A DNA stretch of 64,000 nucleotides, from contig JANJXX010000005.1 in NCBI GenBank assembly GCA_024720975.1, positions 7,059 to 71,058 of the forward strand, written 5' to 3'. Both the position numbers and the translations under genes were made by a program. This DNA comes from Thermoproteota archaeon (GTDB lineage Archaea; Asgardarchaeota; Njordarchaeia; Njordarchaeales; Panguiarchaeaceae). Positions 1-10,244 of the stretch are shown in pieces. Every line of letters begins with the position of its first letter. Position 1 is the stretch's first letter. A model generated the notes under the pieces. The model saw only the letters and a list, made by a program, of their open reading frames with translations, was not told where the DNA came from and made no database searches.

Positions 1-2
1 CT

Positions 3-611
3 CTGAAGTACATAAAGAAATTCCTGAAACTTGAGAGAACTAGCAAGATATTATTAACAGGTTTGATTGCCCTAGCTTTTCACATGGCGAAAGGATATAA
101 AATTCCATCGAATACTGAGAAGTTAATCTTGGACCGACTAGGGGGCGAAAGTATCATCGAAATTAAGAAGTTAGCCAATAGCGAGAAGATAGTCCTGCCG
201 ATAGACTACGGGGTAGAAATTAATGGGGATAGGATAAACATACCAGTCGATCAGCTGAGTACGATGAATGCACCTCCTAAGGATATAGGCCCAGAGACGA
301 TAAAATACTATCTCGACATAGTAGGAAGCGGACGAGTAATCCTTATGAAAGGACCCGCTGGTGTAATTGAAGACGAAAAGTTCGTCTGGGGTTCCGAGAA
401 CCTGTTACGAGAGTTATTTAAAATGAATAATTATGTCATTCTCCTTGGTGGACACTTAGTGAGTGTCTTAGATCGTGTTGGAGATTCAACAAAGCATAGA
501 AGATACTTCATCAGCACAGGAGGAGGTGCATCAGTCGAATTCTTTATCGAGGGTACACTACCAGGCCTAGAGGCGCTTAAACTATCATATAAGATTTTTT
601 CACAAAGATGA
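3..611 (+). CDS. pgk: Phosphoglycerate kinase, C-terminal part (5' end cut by window edge)
   Basis: Frame stays open to base 3. The C-terminal PGK-like sequence includes LMKGPAGV.E and ISTGGGASVEF, and the gene lies 8.5 kb from gap. Confidence 0.85.
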   Translation: MKYIKKFLKLERTSKILLTGLIALAFHMAKGYKIPSNTEKLILDRLGGESIIEIKKLANSEKIVLPIDYGVEINGDRINIPVDQLSTMNAPPKDIGPETIKYYLDIVGSGRVILMKGPAGVIEDEKFVWGSENLLRELFKMNNYVILLGGHLVSVLDRVGDSTKHRRYFISTGGGASVEFFIEGTLPGLEALKLSYKIFSQR

Positions 612-708
612 CAAAGTAGCAGCCTCATAATAAGACACTGAACAGAGTTTCAGGTTAAACCAAAGGAACAACATATTTTAATAAATTTTGGACTCTTTTA
701 GATAGCTA

Positions 709-1227
709 TTGATGATTAATGGTTGGTGCACGCGCATGTCCCTAAGCTTCATAGACCATGTTAGGTATGCTGAAGAAAATGAAGCGCAAGAACTCATAGA
801 AGATTTTATCCGCAAAAACGAAGGCAACGTAGAGAAGGTAAAGTCAATGTTAATATCTCTACTGAGAAGCCCAGAAAGAAAAGTTAGAAGAGCAACTTTG
901 ATGGCGATAAAAAACACAAAATTCTCTGAAGTGGATTTAATACATAAGTGTGCTACTCTAACTCGCGAGGATCCAGAAAATTCTATCCGAGCCGCTGCAT
1001 ATGAGACAGTTATGCACATACTACAAAATGCTAGTGCAGATACAAAGAGGGAATTAGCAATTGCCGTTCTCAAACTTATCTCAGAGGGCAAAGCTACAAT
1101 TGATGTAACAGATATTGTAAAAAGTATAGGCGAAAATTTCGCAAAGGAACTTCTTCAAGATACTACATTGGATGAAGAAATTAGAGATGTAATTAAATAT
1201 GCCTTAGAGTACTTAGAACAGAAGTAG
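709..1227 (+). CDS. Hypothetical helical-repeat (HEAT/ARM-like) protein
   Basis: 172-aa ORF with repeated helical units (VRRATLMAI, SIRAAAYETV). No catalytic motif seen. Start uncertain (alternative at 736). Confidence 0.35.
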   Translation: MMINGWCTRMSLSFIDHVRYAEENEAQELIEDFIRKNEGNVEKVKSMLISLLRSPERKVRRATLMAIKNTKFSEVDLIHKCATLTREDPENSIRAAAYETVMHILQNASADTKRELAIAVLKLISEGKATIDVTDIVKSIGENFAKELLQDTTLDEEIRDVIKYALEYLEQK

Positions 1228-1291
1228 CTTTCTCTCATCGGTCTAATTTTTAGAGATCTTTGTTAAATACCGTTGGGGAGGCTGCCATGTC

Positions 1292-2401
1292 TTGAAGCAC
1301 AGTAAGGAACTACTGCTAGAATTTCTTAAAAAAGACCCATTCTCTCGGCTTAAAGCTGTAGCAAAGTTTGGCATCAAAGAGATCCTAAGGGCACTTAACT
1401 GGGCTGCTGCTGAGGAAATTCTAAACACATTTTATGAACTCGGTCTTGATAATACTCTAAAGACTCCCTGTTCCACAACGGAAGTTGCCTTAGAACATGC
1501 AATAGAGGATATAGAATTTTTGCATGAGTTCCTCTTGGCTCTAGTAAAAGTTGGTTTACTGGACGAGGCAGCGGGTAGATTTAAGCTAAGAACACTAGCT
1601 AGAAGACCTAAGAAACCAGAAATCGTGGATATCCTTATGAAAACTCCAATGAAAGCGTTATTTGAGGTAATAAAACTCACCGGCGAGAATATCGTTGATG
1701 TTTTAATCACAGCAAAAAGAGAGCTAAAATGGCTCACTGACGCTGCAATTGCTTTCGAACCTCTCGAGTTCTCGCCTCAATTCGTCGCTCTTCGCATCAA
1801 AGCACTTGAGTTACTATACAAGATGCTGAAGGAAATAGCCAAAGTATGTGGTATTAATGAGTATCTAATACTCACAGTAGGCTTAGCATCAGGCTTCGGA
1901 TTAGTTAATGTGGCGCAATTCTTTCGAGAATCAAAATGTAAGATCATAGCATTAGACCCGTCAGAGAGAGAAGTCAAGCTTGCTATGGGGCTCCTAGAGG
2001 ACTTCAAATTAGAAGGTGCCGTAAATGTAGAAACTTTTGATATATCGAAAAATCTCAAAGAATCGTCATTGGTTGCGGAACTATTGAAGAAGTTTAGTGG
2101 ATTCGATGCTGTAATCTCAATTGAACGCTGGCGTTTTTATGATAGAATCATGAGATCTCAAATATTAGCAAATTTGGCCATCCATACGGCCCCCTACAGT
2201 TCGTTAGTTGATGTTGATCTTACAAGAGAGCAAGTCACGCTTTTAAACACAGTCTTGCACGCTATAGAAGGCTGGATAGGATTTCCTAATATTCATGAGA
2301 AGAGGGACATGTTTAGTTTAGTTTACCAAAAGATAAAAGAACGCGCCAAAGGAATGATAGTAAGGGCGGATCTACCCCTCATAAAAGAAATATGGATGTA
2401 G
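1292..2401 (+). CDS. Hypothetical protein, possible wHTH plus Rossmann/methyltransferase-like fold
   Basis: 369-aa ORF with a TTG start 10 nt after GGGGAGG. The ILTVGLASGFG...IIALD segment weakly resembles SAM-MTase motifs I/II. Confidence 0.3.
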   Translation: MKHSKELLLEFLKKDPFSRLKAVAKFGIKEILRALNWAAAEEILNTFYELGLDNTLKTPCSTTEVALEHAIEDIEFLHEFLLALVKVGLLDEAAGRFKLRTLARRPKKPEIVDILMKTPMKALFEVIKLTGENIVDVLITAKRELKWLTDAAIAFEPLEFSPQFVALRIKALELLYKMLKEIAKVCGINEYLILTVGLASGFGLVNVAQFFRESKCKIIALDPSEREVKLAMGLLEDFKLEGAVNVETFDISKNLKESSLVAELLKKFSGFDAVISIERWRFYDRIMRSQILANLAIHTAPYSSLVDVDLTREQVTLLNTVLHAIEGWIGFPNIHEKRDMFSLVYQKIKERAKGMIVRADLPLIKEIWM

Positions 2402-4104
2402 TGGGGATAAAGATGAAAAAAAGCATGGTTGGATTTTTAATTCTACTAACAATGCTCGCATTACTGCTCACACTAGCATATAGTTTTGAATACGTTGGTG
2501 TAGCCAGGGTTTCATCTATAACAATTGAAAACGGCGGGACTTTAATCATAGCGGCTAAAGTATGGGAACCGGTTGGCACTAGGCTTGGAACTGTCGTTCT
2601 GATACACGGTGCTCTGGCCTCAAAAGAAATGCTTCATCCTCTAGCATCGGATCTAACGAGAGCCGGTTGGCGTGTGGTTTTATTCGATCAACCCGGACAT
2701 GGAGGGACCACAGGAGGGTACTTTATAAGCTCAGGCGAGCTAGTCAACACGACGTTAGCATTAAAGAAAGTTCTCAATCAAACAACTGAGTATCGCAAAA
2801 TGATAATTGATTATCTGCGACGAGAAACAGATTCGAATGAAACCGTAATTTTTGGTGGGCATTCCCTAGGTGCTTTTCTAGCCATATTACTAGCTGTTGA
2901 AGCTCAAAATGAATTTAATGTTCTTGCAACAATTGCTATAGCCCCTCCATATTTTCCAGGTTTGGTAAATTCCTCAGTTCCAAGGAATCTTCTCATATGT
3001 CTTGGAGAACATGATGAGTTTATAAAATTTGATGCCGTTAGAATGTATCTTGATCCCACAAACTCATCTGACATACGAGCGAATAGGATCTACGGATCTT
3101 TTGAAAATGGAACAGCCAGGATGATATTCGTATCTAAATTCTCGGACCACATCCTAGAGGTCTACGATCCGGCCATTATTTCGAGAGTTCTAGAGTGGAT
3201 AGATAATGCTAGAGGCATCTCTGGTGTAAGATACGTGAATCTAGGAACTTTCATCGCCGCTCTTAAAGCAATAGCAGGCCTTACAGGCATAGCACTTGTA
3301 TCGCTCATACCGCTTCCTATTGCTGAAAAACTGGGAATGATCTCCGGAGGAAAGCGATTTCCGATCGGAAAGCATGTAAAAGTTGTAATCATAGCTAGCA
3401 TTATCGTGTGGCCTCTTCTAACAGTGGTATTGTTGATGTCGTTCCTAAGTGGAATAGTATACATCGCTGGAAGCATCGGATATATCGTGCCCATACTCGT
3501 TGGTGGATATCTATTCGTGGCAATAGTAGCTATAATATTCTCTTCGAGTGTTATTTCAAAGTCAAATATCAAAGATCACTTCAAAAAGGTTTTACTCTCA
3601 TTGAAAAGCGATTTCTACCGAGGGACTTTCCTAGGAGTCATCGAAGGCATACTCTACGTTTTACTGCTACATTTAACTTATGGTTCAATTGCAATTCCAG
3701 TAATTCCGCAGACAGTAGGTCGTATGATTATAGCCATACCTACAGCTTTCATGATATTCTGGTATTTCATATTCCATGAGTATTTTTACCGAGCGCAAAT
3801 ACAAGAAATTTTAGGAGGGAGAAGATTCTCAGCAGCGACTTTGTCCATATTAATATCACTGACTTCCAAAATTGTAGTAATAGTTGTGATAATCATCATG
3901 ATGTACTTAATATACCCCGTGGCGACATTTACAATTATAATAGCCTTGTCAATGGTGTTGATAGCGCTTTTAACAGAGGGTCTCTCTGCCGCTAGTTACT
4001 ATGCAACTCGTGAGATTTACCCCCATGCGCTAGCAAGTGCTATAATCTGGGCATCTATTGCGACAGCAGCATTTCCAACGGCATGGCTTGCAGTTACTTT
4101 ATAA
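2392..4104 (+). CDS. Alpha/beta-hydrolase domain fused to a polytopic membrane domain (CPBP-like?)
   Basis: N-terminal signal/TM segment, GGHSLGA nucleophile elbow (GxSxG) and HG oxyanion region. The C-terminal ~300 aa are multi-TM and contain an EYFYR motif. Confidence 0.6.
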   Translation: MDVVGIKMKKSMVGFLILLTMLALLLTLAYSFEYVGVARVSSITIENGGTLIIAAKVWEPVGTRLGTVVLIHGALASKEMLHPLASDLTRAGWRVVLFDQPGHGGTTGGYFISSGELVNTTLALKKVLNQTTEYRKMIIDYLRRETDSNETVIFGGHSLGAFLAILLAVEAQNEFNVLATIAIAPPYFPGLVNSSVPRNLLICLGEHDEFIKFDAVRMYLDPTNSSDIRANRIYGSFENGTARMIFVSKFSDHILEVYDPAIISRVLEWIDNARGISGVRYVNLGTFIAALKAIAGLTGIALVSLIPLPIAEKLGMISGGKRFPIGKHVKVVIIASIIVWPLLTVVLLMSFLSGIVYIAGSIGYIVPILVGGYLFVAIVAIIFSSSVISKSNIKDHFKKVLLSLKSDFYRGTFLGVIEGILYVLLLHLTYGSIAIPVIPQTVGRMIIAIPTAFMIFWYFIFHEYFYRAQIQEILGGRRFSAATLSILISLTSKIVVIVVIIIMMYLIYPVATFTIIIALSMVLIALLTEGLSAASYYATREIYPHALASAIIWASIATAAFPTAWLAVTL

Positions 4105-4148
4105 TTAACAATAAACTCCTCTTTATGAGTTTTTGATTACACTTAGAG

Positions 4149-4583
4149 GTGATTAACTTGATTCCAAAAGAACTTCTAGATGAATTAGCTGGAGCTTTTT
4201 ATGAAAGAAAACTGTCCAGGCTCGAGAATGTAGAATTGGTTCTTTGGATATGTTGGCTGGATAGGACTTCTCTTAGAGAGCTTAGAATAATAAGCGCAGA
4301 AGAGGATTTTAAGGTCATTTGTGTTCATGGAGTTAAAGTTGTGATCGATGGAAAGGAATTTTTAGACGCGATGACTGCAATTGAACTAACCGAAAAATAT
4401 TATGTGAGTTTAAATTCAGCGACAAAAGATGACTGGAAAATGTTTATTGAAAGAATAGTTGAAGAGGAGCACCCTCGCGTAATACCCGGCTACACTTTCA
4501 GAAAGCGTTTTGGTTTACCAGAATCGCTATCTTCCTTCGAGATAAATGTACTAAGTATAGACCTCAGGGAAGAGAAGAAATGA
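4149..4583 (+). CDS. Hypothetical protein
   Basis: 144-aa ORF with a GTG start after AGAGGTG. Its stop overlaps the next gene's start (ATGA). Confidence 0.4.
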   Translation: MINLIPKELLDELAGAFYERKLSRLENVELVLWICWLDRTSLRELRIISAEEDFKVICVHGVKVVIDGKEFLDAMTAIELTEKYYVSLNSATKDDWKMFIERIVEEEHPRVIPGYTFRKRFGLPESLSSFEINVLSIDLREEKK

Positions 4584-5341
4584 CCAACATCTACATCGGA
4601 GTCTGTGCCTTCAAGAAGAAGTATTATAAAAGTGGCATAAATTGCGTCGAAGTCCAACAAACCTTTTACAATATACCAATGGAAAAAACCTTGCAGAAGT
4701 GGAGAGAAGAAGCGCCTCCAGAATTCATTTTCAATGTGAAAGCCTTTCAGGGTTTAACACATGACATAAAATCTCCTACATGGAAGAGGTTTACTAAGAA
4801 ACTAGATGAGCACCAAAAGAAACTGGTGGGTAATCTAAATCTCAATGAGCTTACTAAGGAATGGATTAACAAGCACATAAATTTCATGAGAATACTCAAC
4901 GCACGAGTACTTTTGATTCAGACCCCAGCAAGCTTTAATCCTACTAGTGAGAATATAAAGAAGGCTTTGAGATTTTTTGAGTATCTATCCGATAAGATTA
5001 AAGAGTCAAAGGCTGACTTCTGGATTGGTTGGGAGCCAAGAGGGGAGTGGATGAAAAATTTTCATAATTTGGATAATGTCTTCAGTAGTTTCAATAATAT
5101 TACTCATGTGGTCGACATATTCTTTCATGAACCGATCACAGTGCGTAAGATCATGTACTTTCGGCTTCATGGAAAACCGTATCTAAACTATAGGTACAAA
5201 TACTCCGACGAAGATTTCAAATTCCTGATTCAAAGGATAGATAGTCTAAAAAAGACTTCAGATTCAATTTTCTTAATGTTTAATAATGTTTACATGGAGC
5301 AAGATGTCCTGAGATTTAAGAAATTTTTGGGTGTTAAATAA
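4580..5341 (+). CDS. DUF72 (UPF0759) family protein
   Basis: The N-terminal pattern IYIGVCAF...VEVQQTFYNIP...W...PPEFIFNVKAFQGLTH is typical of DUF72. Confidence 0.7.
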   Translation: MTNIYIGVCAFKKKYYKSGINCVEVQQTFYNIPMEKTLQKWREEAPPEFIFNVKAFQGLTHDIKSPTWKRFTKKLDEHQKKLVGNLNLNELTKEWINKHINFMRILNARVLLIQTPASFNPTSENIKKALRFFEYLSDKIKESKADFWIGWEPRGEWMKNFHNLDNVFSSFNNITHVVDIFFHEPITVRKIMYFRLHGKPYLNYRYKYSDEDFKFLIQRIDSLKKTSDSIFLMFNNVYMEQDVLRFKKFLGVK

Positions 5342-5915
5342 ATTGTTTGAGGGTGCACTATTCTCCTATGAAACCCATCCTAGAGATTTAACAGAGTCTG
5401 CGATATATCAAGTTGAAACGCTTCTCGGAAATCTCGCGAGTATAATTCCTGATAGTGAAAAAGCTAAGCTTATTCCTAGACCCGGAGGGATAAATGGCTA
5501 CATACTTCTGGACCTTCGCGAATGTTTGCAGAAACTTAATTTTGATGCAAGATTGGAAATTCGTGCGAAATTCATAGAATTCATCAAAAAAGCTTTTGAT
5601 GAAGGAGCACTTCTTAGCATATTGAAGGTGCGAATTTTAGATTTTATTGTTCCATTAGATCTCGAAAAAATAGTTGATGCTGCCAAATACTTGGCTCCCA
5701 AGATAAAAGGCACGTGGAAGCTTGAACCGAGAACGAGGAAGCTTATAGATAGGATGGAGCTTATAAAGAAAGTCGCGGAGGTAATCGATGAGCCCGTAGA
5801 TCTCCAAAATCCTCGCTTCTCTCTTAACGTAGAAGTTCTCAGTAATGACCTTGTAGCAGTTTACCTTGTTGATAATACAAGAGAGCACGAAAGTATAATC
5901 AAACCTGGGTACTAG
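5331..5915 (+). CDS. Hypothetical protein, THUMP-like C-terminal region
   Basis: The 194-aa ORF overlaps the previous stop. The C-terminal segment VDLQNPRFSLNVEVLSNDLVAVYL resembles the THUMP core. Confidence 0.35.
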   Translation: MLNKLFEGALFSYETHPRDLTESAIYQVETLLGNLASIIPDSEKAKLIPRPGGINGYILLDLRECLQKLNFDARLEIRAKFIEFIKKAFDEGALLSILKVRILDFIVPLDLEKIVDAAKYLAPKIKGTWKLEPRTRKLIDRMELIKKVAEVIDEPVDLQNPRFSLNVEVLSNDLVAVYLVDNTREHESIIKPGY

Positions 5916-6859
5916 ATCAAATACTTAAATAAAACTATAAGCGCCACGGCGGAAAGTATAGGAATTGGTAGAGCTGGTAAAGCCTCAGCCTCTAATTTGA
6001 ATAACAAAACTTCAGTGATAACTACTCCTAATATTATCATGATGCAAATAATGAGAGTCTCAAGTGGGCTGAGAACGGCAAATGAGTAGCCGACAGCAAA
6101 GCTATAGAAGAAAATGTCTCCCAAACCCATTGCGGAACCGAATTTGGGTTCATACTCGGATTCTACTATGTCTTGACGCAAACTTTTAGCTAACTCTTTG
6201 AGTGGTCCTCTGAGAACACTATACAAGTCGTATAAGGCAAAACCTAAGAGTAAAACTATGGGGGTTAGCTCGCCAAGGCTCCAACTAAGCCAGACGCCAA
6301 CCCAACTTGCAGTGAGGACGAGAATGATATTTCTAAGTTGCAGAAGAGTTCCTCTCACGCAGGAAATTATGTATATCATAGTGGAAACTGCCGAGAGTGA
6401 TACTGAGAGCATAATGAGATAGGTAATGGTTGCTTGATTGAATTCCGAAAAGCCGGCTACGCTTGCAAGTGCATAAGCGCCCATCACAAAGCTCATGTTA
6501 AGCGTCATTATGAATATTATATATGACATTAAAACGACTAGGATATTTCTCAGGAGAATTATTTTGCCGCGCTTTACTAAGAATACTAGTAGGAATGTGA
6601 TTAAGACAACAATAAGGAGGAAGTAAAGCAGGTTCAAGACCGCTGCGAACGCTCCGAGCTCAGATTCTCCCACAGGTGCTGCGCTTTCACTTATTTCGAG
6701 CTGTAGAAAATACTTCAAGATGCTTGAGGTAAATATAGCAAAAGTCACTGATGATATAGTGAGTATACCCACAACCGTCAGAACTTTTTTCTGCTTTCGT
6801 TCAATCGGAAAGATAAGCATTGGAAGTGCTAATGAGAGCTTTTCGATATCACTGCTCAT
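5912..6859 (-). CDS. Presenilin / signal-peptide-peptidase family intramembrane aspartyl protease (GxGD type)
   Basis: Multi-TM protein with YD (FALYDLYSV), GLGD (MGLGDIFFY) and PAL (LPALPIP) motifs in canonical order. Confidence 0.75.
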   Translation of the reverse strand: MSSDIEKLSLALPMLIFPIERKQKKVLTVVGILTISSVTFAIFTSSILKYFLQLEISESAAPVGESELGAFAAVLNLLYFLLIVVLITFLLVFLVKRGKIILLRNILVVLMSYIIFIMTLNMSFVMGAYALASVAGFSEFNQATITYLIMLSVSLSAVSTMIYIISCVRGTLLQLRNIILVLTASWVGVWLSWSLGELTPIVLLLGFALYDLYSVLRGPLKELAKSLRQDIVESEYEPKFGSAMGLGDIFFYSFAVGYSFAVLSPLETLIICIMIILGVVITEVLLFKLEAEALPALPIPILSAVALIVLFKYLI

Positions 6860-7156
6860 TGTTGTTCCCTATGATTACAAAGATAGTCTTAGACAATATG
6901 TTGTACTTAATTAATTAAGCCGGTCAGAAAATTTCAATTTTATTCTTAGTTTTAGTTTAGTCTGCGGCACTTGGCAATCTATTTTAAGAGCTTCATTAAA
7001 CCATGGGGCAATCTTTTAGGAACTCAAAGTTGCTCACATCCAAGTCAATATCAATAAACAGATAATTACAAATTTGCCTGTTCGATTTTCCGACAAACAT
7101 ACTTGATAATATTAAAAGGCATTAAACTTTTTCTAGTTTTAGAGCTGGTGACAATA

Positions 7157-7522
7157 ATGGATGAAAAAGTATGGGCTGAATTTCTATCAGCTCTAATGAG
7201 ATATGCATCACAAATATTCTCAAGCATCGAGGAATTTAAGAATGGAAAATTAACCGTTGAAGCCGAGGGTAAATCATCGATAAAAATAGCCATATGGAAA
7301 AATGCAAGGGGAGACTTAAGATTGCATTTCGAATTTCTTCCGACTATGCACATAGAAAGTGCAATGAACGAGCAGAAGCAAGTTGAGGAAAAGGAACCAA
7401 AACCAGTTAGCGAGAGAAAATCTGAGATTCTTCCAATAACAAAAGAGAAGACCCCTACTGAAGTCTCGGAAGAGCTGAAAGATCTGGAGGAATTCTTTAG
7501 TAGAGTCGAAAGCACGGAATAG
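7157..7522 (+). CDS. Hypothetical protein with E/K-rich C-terminus
   Basis: ORF 7103-7522. The ATG at 7157 is preferred over the TTG at 7103. No recognisable motif. Confidence 0.4.
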   Translation: MDEKVWAEFLSALMRYASQIFSSIEEFKNGKLTVEAEGKSSIKIAIWKNARGDLRLHFEFLPTMHIESAMNEQKQVEEKEPKPVSERKSEILPITKEKTPTEVSEELKDLEEFFSRVESTE

Positions 7523-7559
7523 AGCAGTATTTTTAATTAATTTCTAGGATATCTTTTAT

Positions 7560-7919
7560 CTAGCTTCGCTCAGCTTGAGCTATGTACTCGTACAAGTATA
7601 TGCCTGGCCCTGCAGATTCCAGCCTCCTCAAGAATCCTAGCCTTGTAAGTTCCTCAAGGAACTTTCTACATGTTGAGACTTTTACTTTAAACCTTTCAGC
7701 TAGATTGTTAGGAGAAACAACACGCGTTTTTTCTATGAAGTCAACCATGCTTTCTAGTGTCTTTTCATCCATAAATGTCGTACGAACTATTAGCTTCCAC
7801 TCTTTAGCTTTTCCAAAACGAACCTTACGAACGAGTCCTTCTAGCCAGTCACCAGTTGATGCTTTCTTGAGGACTTTCCTTACAACCTTACCATATATAG
7901 GCAACTCCTTTTCACCCAA
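7560..7919 (-). CDS. rps25e: Ribosomal protein S25e-like winged-helix protein
   Basis: 119-aa basic protein. The C-terminal segment VVSPNNLAERFKVKVSTCRKFLEELTRLGFL....GPGIYLY matches the S25e wHTH pattern. Confidence 0.5.
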   Translation of the reverse strand: MGEKELPIYGKVVRKVLKKASTGDWLEGLVRKVRFGKAKEWKLIVRTTFMDEKTLESMVDFIEKTRVVSPNNLAERFKVKVSTCRKFLEELTRLGFLRRLESAGPGIYLYEYIAQAERS

Positions 7920-7979
7920 ATTAAGCTACTTGGAATATCTCGTTGAGTGATTGATAATATTAAATAAAAACAATAAGGT

Positions 7980-9122
7980 TTACTCTCGTCTCAGCTCTAC
8001 GTGTCGGAAGCGTGAGACAGTTTCTTCGCTCCCGACGCACCTATTAATTATCACTTCATTTATCGTTGAAACGCTTTCTACGATATCAATAAGTCTTGAG
8101 ATTAACCGTGTTAAGTAGACTAGTAACTTTTTATCGGAGATTTTTTCGGCAAGCATTAAGCTAACATTTCGAAGTTCCTGCCTGAGTGTGGATGCATCAT
8201 CTAAGTTATCACTGGCTCTAATCGGGTCCAAAGCATGCAAGGCATATATCGAGTGGCTAATTAAATCCTCACAGCGGTCTATTGCTTTCATGATGATATC
8301 AATAGCATCTTCTGGAATCTTGTCGAAATTTTGGGTTAGCTCCGTAAGATCCTGTGCGACCTCATAAGCATAATCTCCAGACAATTCAAGCGCCCTAATG
8401 ATTGCACGATTTCCAATTATGTGACCAGGATTGCGGAATCCGAGATTAATGGCAAGTCCTCTGTTGACTTGCGAAGCGATGAGAATTCGCAAAGCCCATA
8501 GATAGTCCCTGTCAACGTCATTTTCCATCCTCTCAATATTTTTAAGCAGCTCTGGTTTGCCATTAATCGCTCTTTTGATATAGGCTATCATACTAAGGAG
8601 ACTAGCTGAGAGTCGAATGATAAGATTTGTAAAGTCTGTTTCGAAATTTTGCTGAAATTCGAATTCAATAGCATCTGGATGTATTATATGTCGGGCACCT
8701 ACAAACTTTTGGGAGATTTCTACTAGTCGTTTGAACTTAGGATCCTTGGGATTGCCTGTTTTGAATATTGCTTTTTGAACCCCTTCCAAGTATGCGCCAA
8801 CTAGTATTCGTTCTAGAATTCTTGGATTTTGTATGCTATCGGCATTAACCTCCAAAACTAGGGATATTCTAGGGGCTGTTTCGGTTGTCATTGGGTATAA
8901 CGCCAGGGAACCGTCTTGGTTTGTTACTAGTAATACCTTGTCTCCTCTTCTAAGTCCCATCAACCGCAGCCAATCATGTGGAAGCGTTACAACATAACTG
9001 CTTTTTCCGAGTCTCAAAATCGAACGTAAGCTAGAGCTTCTTCGTACACGTTCCCCTGCATGTTCGCTAGACAATTTAATCACTATACTTAAACTGGTAA
9101 TTATCGACATATATACATACAA
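7980..9122 (-). CDS. AbrB/SpoVT-domain plus PhoU-domain regulator
   Basis: An N-terminal SpoVT/AbrB swapped-hairpin segment (SSYVVTLPHDWLRLMGLRRGDKVLL) is followed by two PhoU-like helical repeats. Confidence 0.7.
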   Translation of the reverse strand: MYVYMSIITSLSIVIKLSSEHAGERVRRSSSLRSILRLGKSSYVVTLPHDWLRLMGLRRGDKVLLVTNQDGSLALYPMTTETAPRISLVLEVNADSIQNPRILERILVGAYLEGVQKAIFKTGNPKDPKFKRLVEISQKFVGARHIIHPDAIEFEFQQNFETDFTNLIIRLSASLLSMIAYIKRAINGKPELLKNIERMENDVDRDYLWALRILIASQVNRGLAINLGFRNPGHIIGNRAIIRALELSGDYAYEVAQDLTELTQNFDKIPEDAIDIIMKAIDRCEDLISHSIYALHALDPIRASDNLDDASTLRQELRNVSLMLAEKISDKKLLVYLTRLISRLIDIVESVSTINEVIINRCVGSEETVSRFRHVELRRE

Positions 9123-9219
9123 ATAGTTTGCTTTAATATAAATACCTCACAAGAATCTACGATTGCATGTGACTTTACCCTTATTAATGCATTTTTCTGA
9201 AGGTATTCCGGTGAGTTTA

Positions 9220-10242
9220 ATGGTCGCACGTGTATTCGTAAATGGGTTTGGTACAATTGGTAAACGTGTAGCCATAGCAGTAATGAAGCAAGGGGATATG
9301 AAACTTCTTGGTGTGGGAAAGAGGACGCCGGACTTCAAAACCATTATCGCGGAGAAGTTAAATATACCCATTTTCGTAGAGAACGAGGAACAGGAAAGAA
9401 AATTTGAAGAGTTAGGATTCAAGATTGCTGGTCAAGTAAATGAAGCCTTGGAAGAGGCCGATATTGTTGTTGATGCTTCTCCAGAGGGTATGGGAGAAAA
9501 GAATAAGGCAATATACCAACAGTATAATAAAAGGGCAATATTTCAAGGTGGAGAAAAGGCATCAATTGCAGAAGTTAGCTTTGTGGCTCAGGTCAACTAC
9601 GAGAAAGCTCTCGGAAAGAAATACATAAGGGTAGTTTCATGTAATACAACTGCACTTGCACGCGTGATACATGCTCTTCGCAATTTAGCTGGAATCAAAA
9701 GGGTTAGAACCCTACTGATACGCAGAGCTGCTGATCCATGGGAAACGAAGAAAGGGCCTATAAATGCTATCGTACCAACATTTCAAATACCTAGTCATCA
9801 CGCACCTGACGTAAAAACTGTCTTAGGTGAGTTAGATATATTATCCATCGCAGTCGTAGTCCCAACAACATTAATGCATCTACACGTTCTAAATGTGGAA
9901 TTCGAGGGAAATGTTAGCGAGGAGGATGTGTTAAATGCGATGGAGGAAGCCCCCCGAATTTTAGTTATTCCAGTTGATTTAGAGTTAGACTCCACGGCGA
10001 GCATTATAGAATTTGCTAGAGATCTGGGTCGACCAAGGAATGACCTGTATGAGGTTGCAGTATTTGATAAAAGTGTGAAGGTGGCTAATGGAGAACTATG
10101 GATGAGCTATGCGGTCCATCAGGAGGCAATCGTTGTTCCTGAAAATATTGATGCTATTCGGTCAGCATTAAAATTGGCTATTTCGGCAGATGAGAGTATA
10201 AGGAAAACGGATGATAGTCTAGGTATATTAAGAAGGTTATAG
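9220..10242 (+). CDS. gap: Glyceraldehyde-3-phosphate dehydrogenase, archaeal type II
   Basis: Contains NGFGTIGKRV (NAD(P) binding) and the SCNTT active-site Cys. The ATG at 9220 is preferred to the ORF start at 9163. Confidence 0.9.
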   Translation: MVARVFVNGFGTIGKRVAIAVMKQGDMKLLGVGKRTPDFKTIIAEKLNIPIFVENEEQERKFEELGFKIAGQVNEALEEADIVVDASPEGMGEKNKAIYQQYNKRAIFQGGEKASIAEVSFVAQVNYEKALGKKYIRVVSCNTTALARVIHALRNLAGIKRVRTLLIRRAADPWETKKGPINAIVPTFQIPSHHAPDVKTVLGELDILSIAVVVPTTLMHLHVLNVEFEGNVSEEDVLNAMEEAPRILVIPVDLELDSTASIIEFARDLGRPRNDLYEVAVFDKSVKVANGELWMSYAVHQEAIVVPENIDAIRSALKLAISADESIRKTDDSLGILRRL

Positions 10243-10244
10243 AT

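Noticed and set aside
678-1091. Many antisense ORFs of 60-190 aa are listed in the track opposite well-supported genes. Examples are 678-1091, 3162-3572, 7066-7515, 7582-7950, 10676-11245, 17236-17688, 22593-23033, 49293-49745, 52356-52724 and 53776-54159.
   Set aside because: They are shadow ORFs. Each lies fully inside a longer ORF on the other strand that has recognisable motifs or better context. Their translations are low-complexity and Ser/Leu/Ile-rich, with no motifs.
9163-9219. An N-terminal 19-aa extension of GAPDH from the ORF-track start.
   Set aside because: The extension (MHVTLPLLMHFSEGIPVSL) has no counterpart in archaeal GAPDH. The ATG at 9220 places the NGFGTIGKR dinucleotide fold at the usual distance from the N-terminus.
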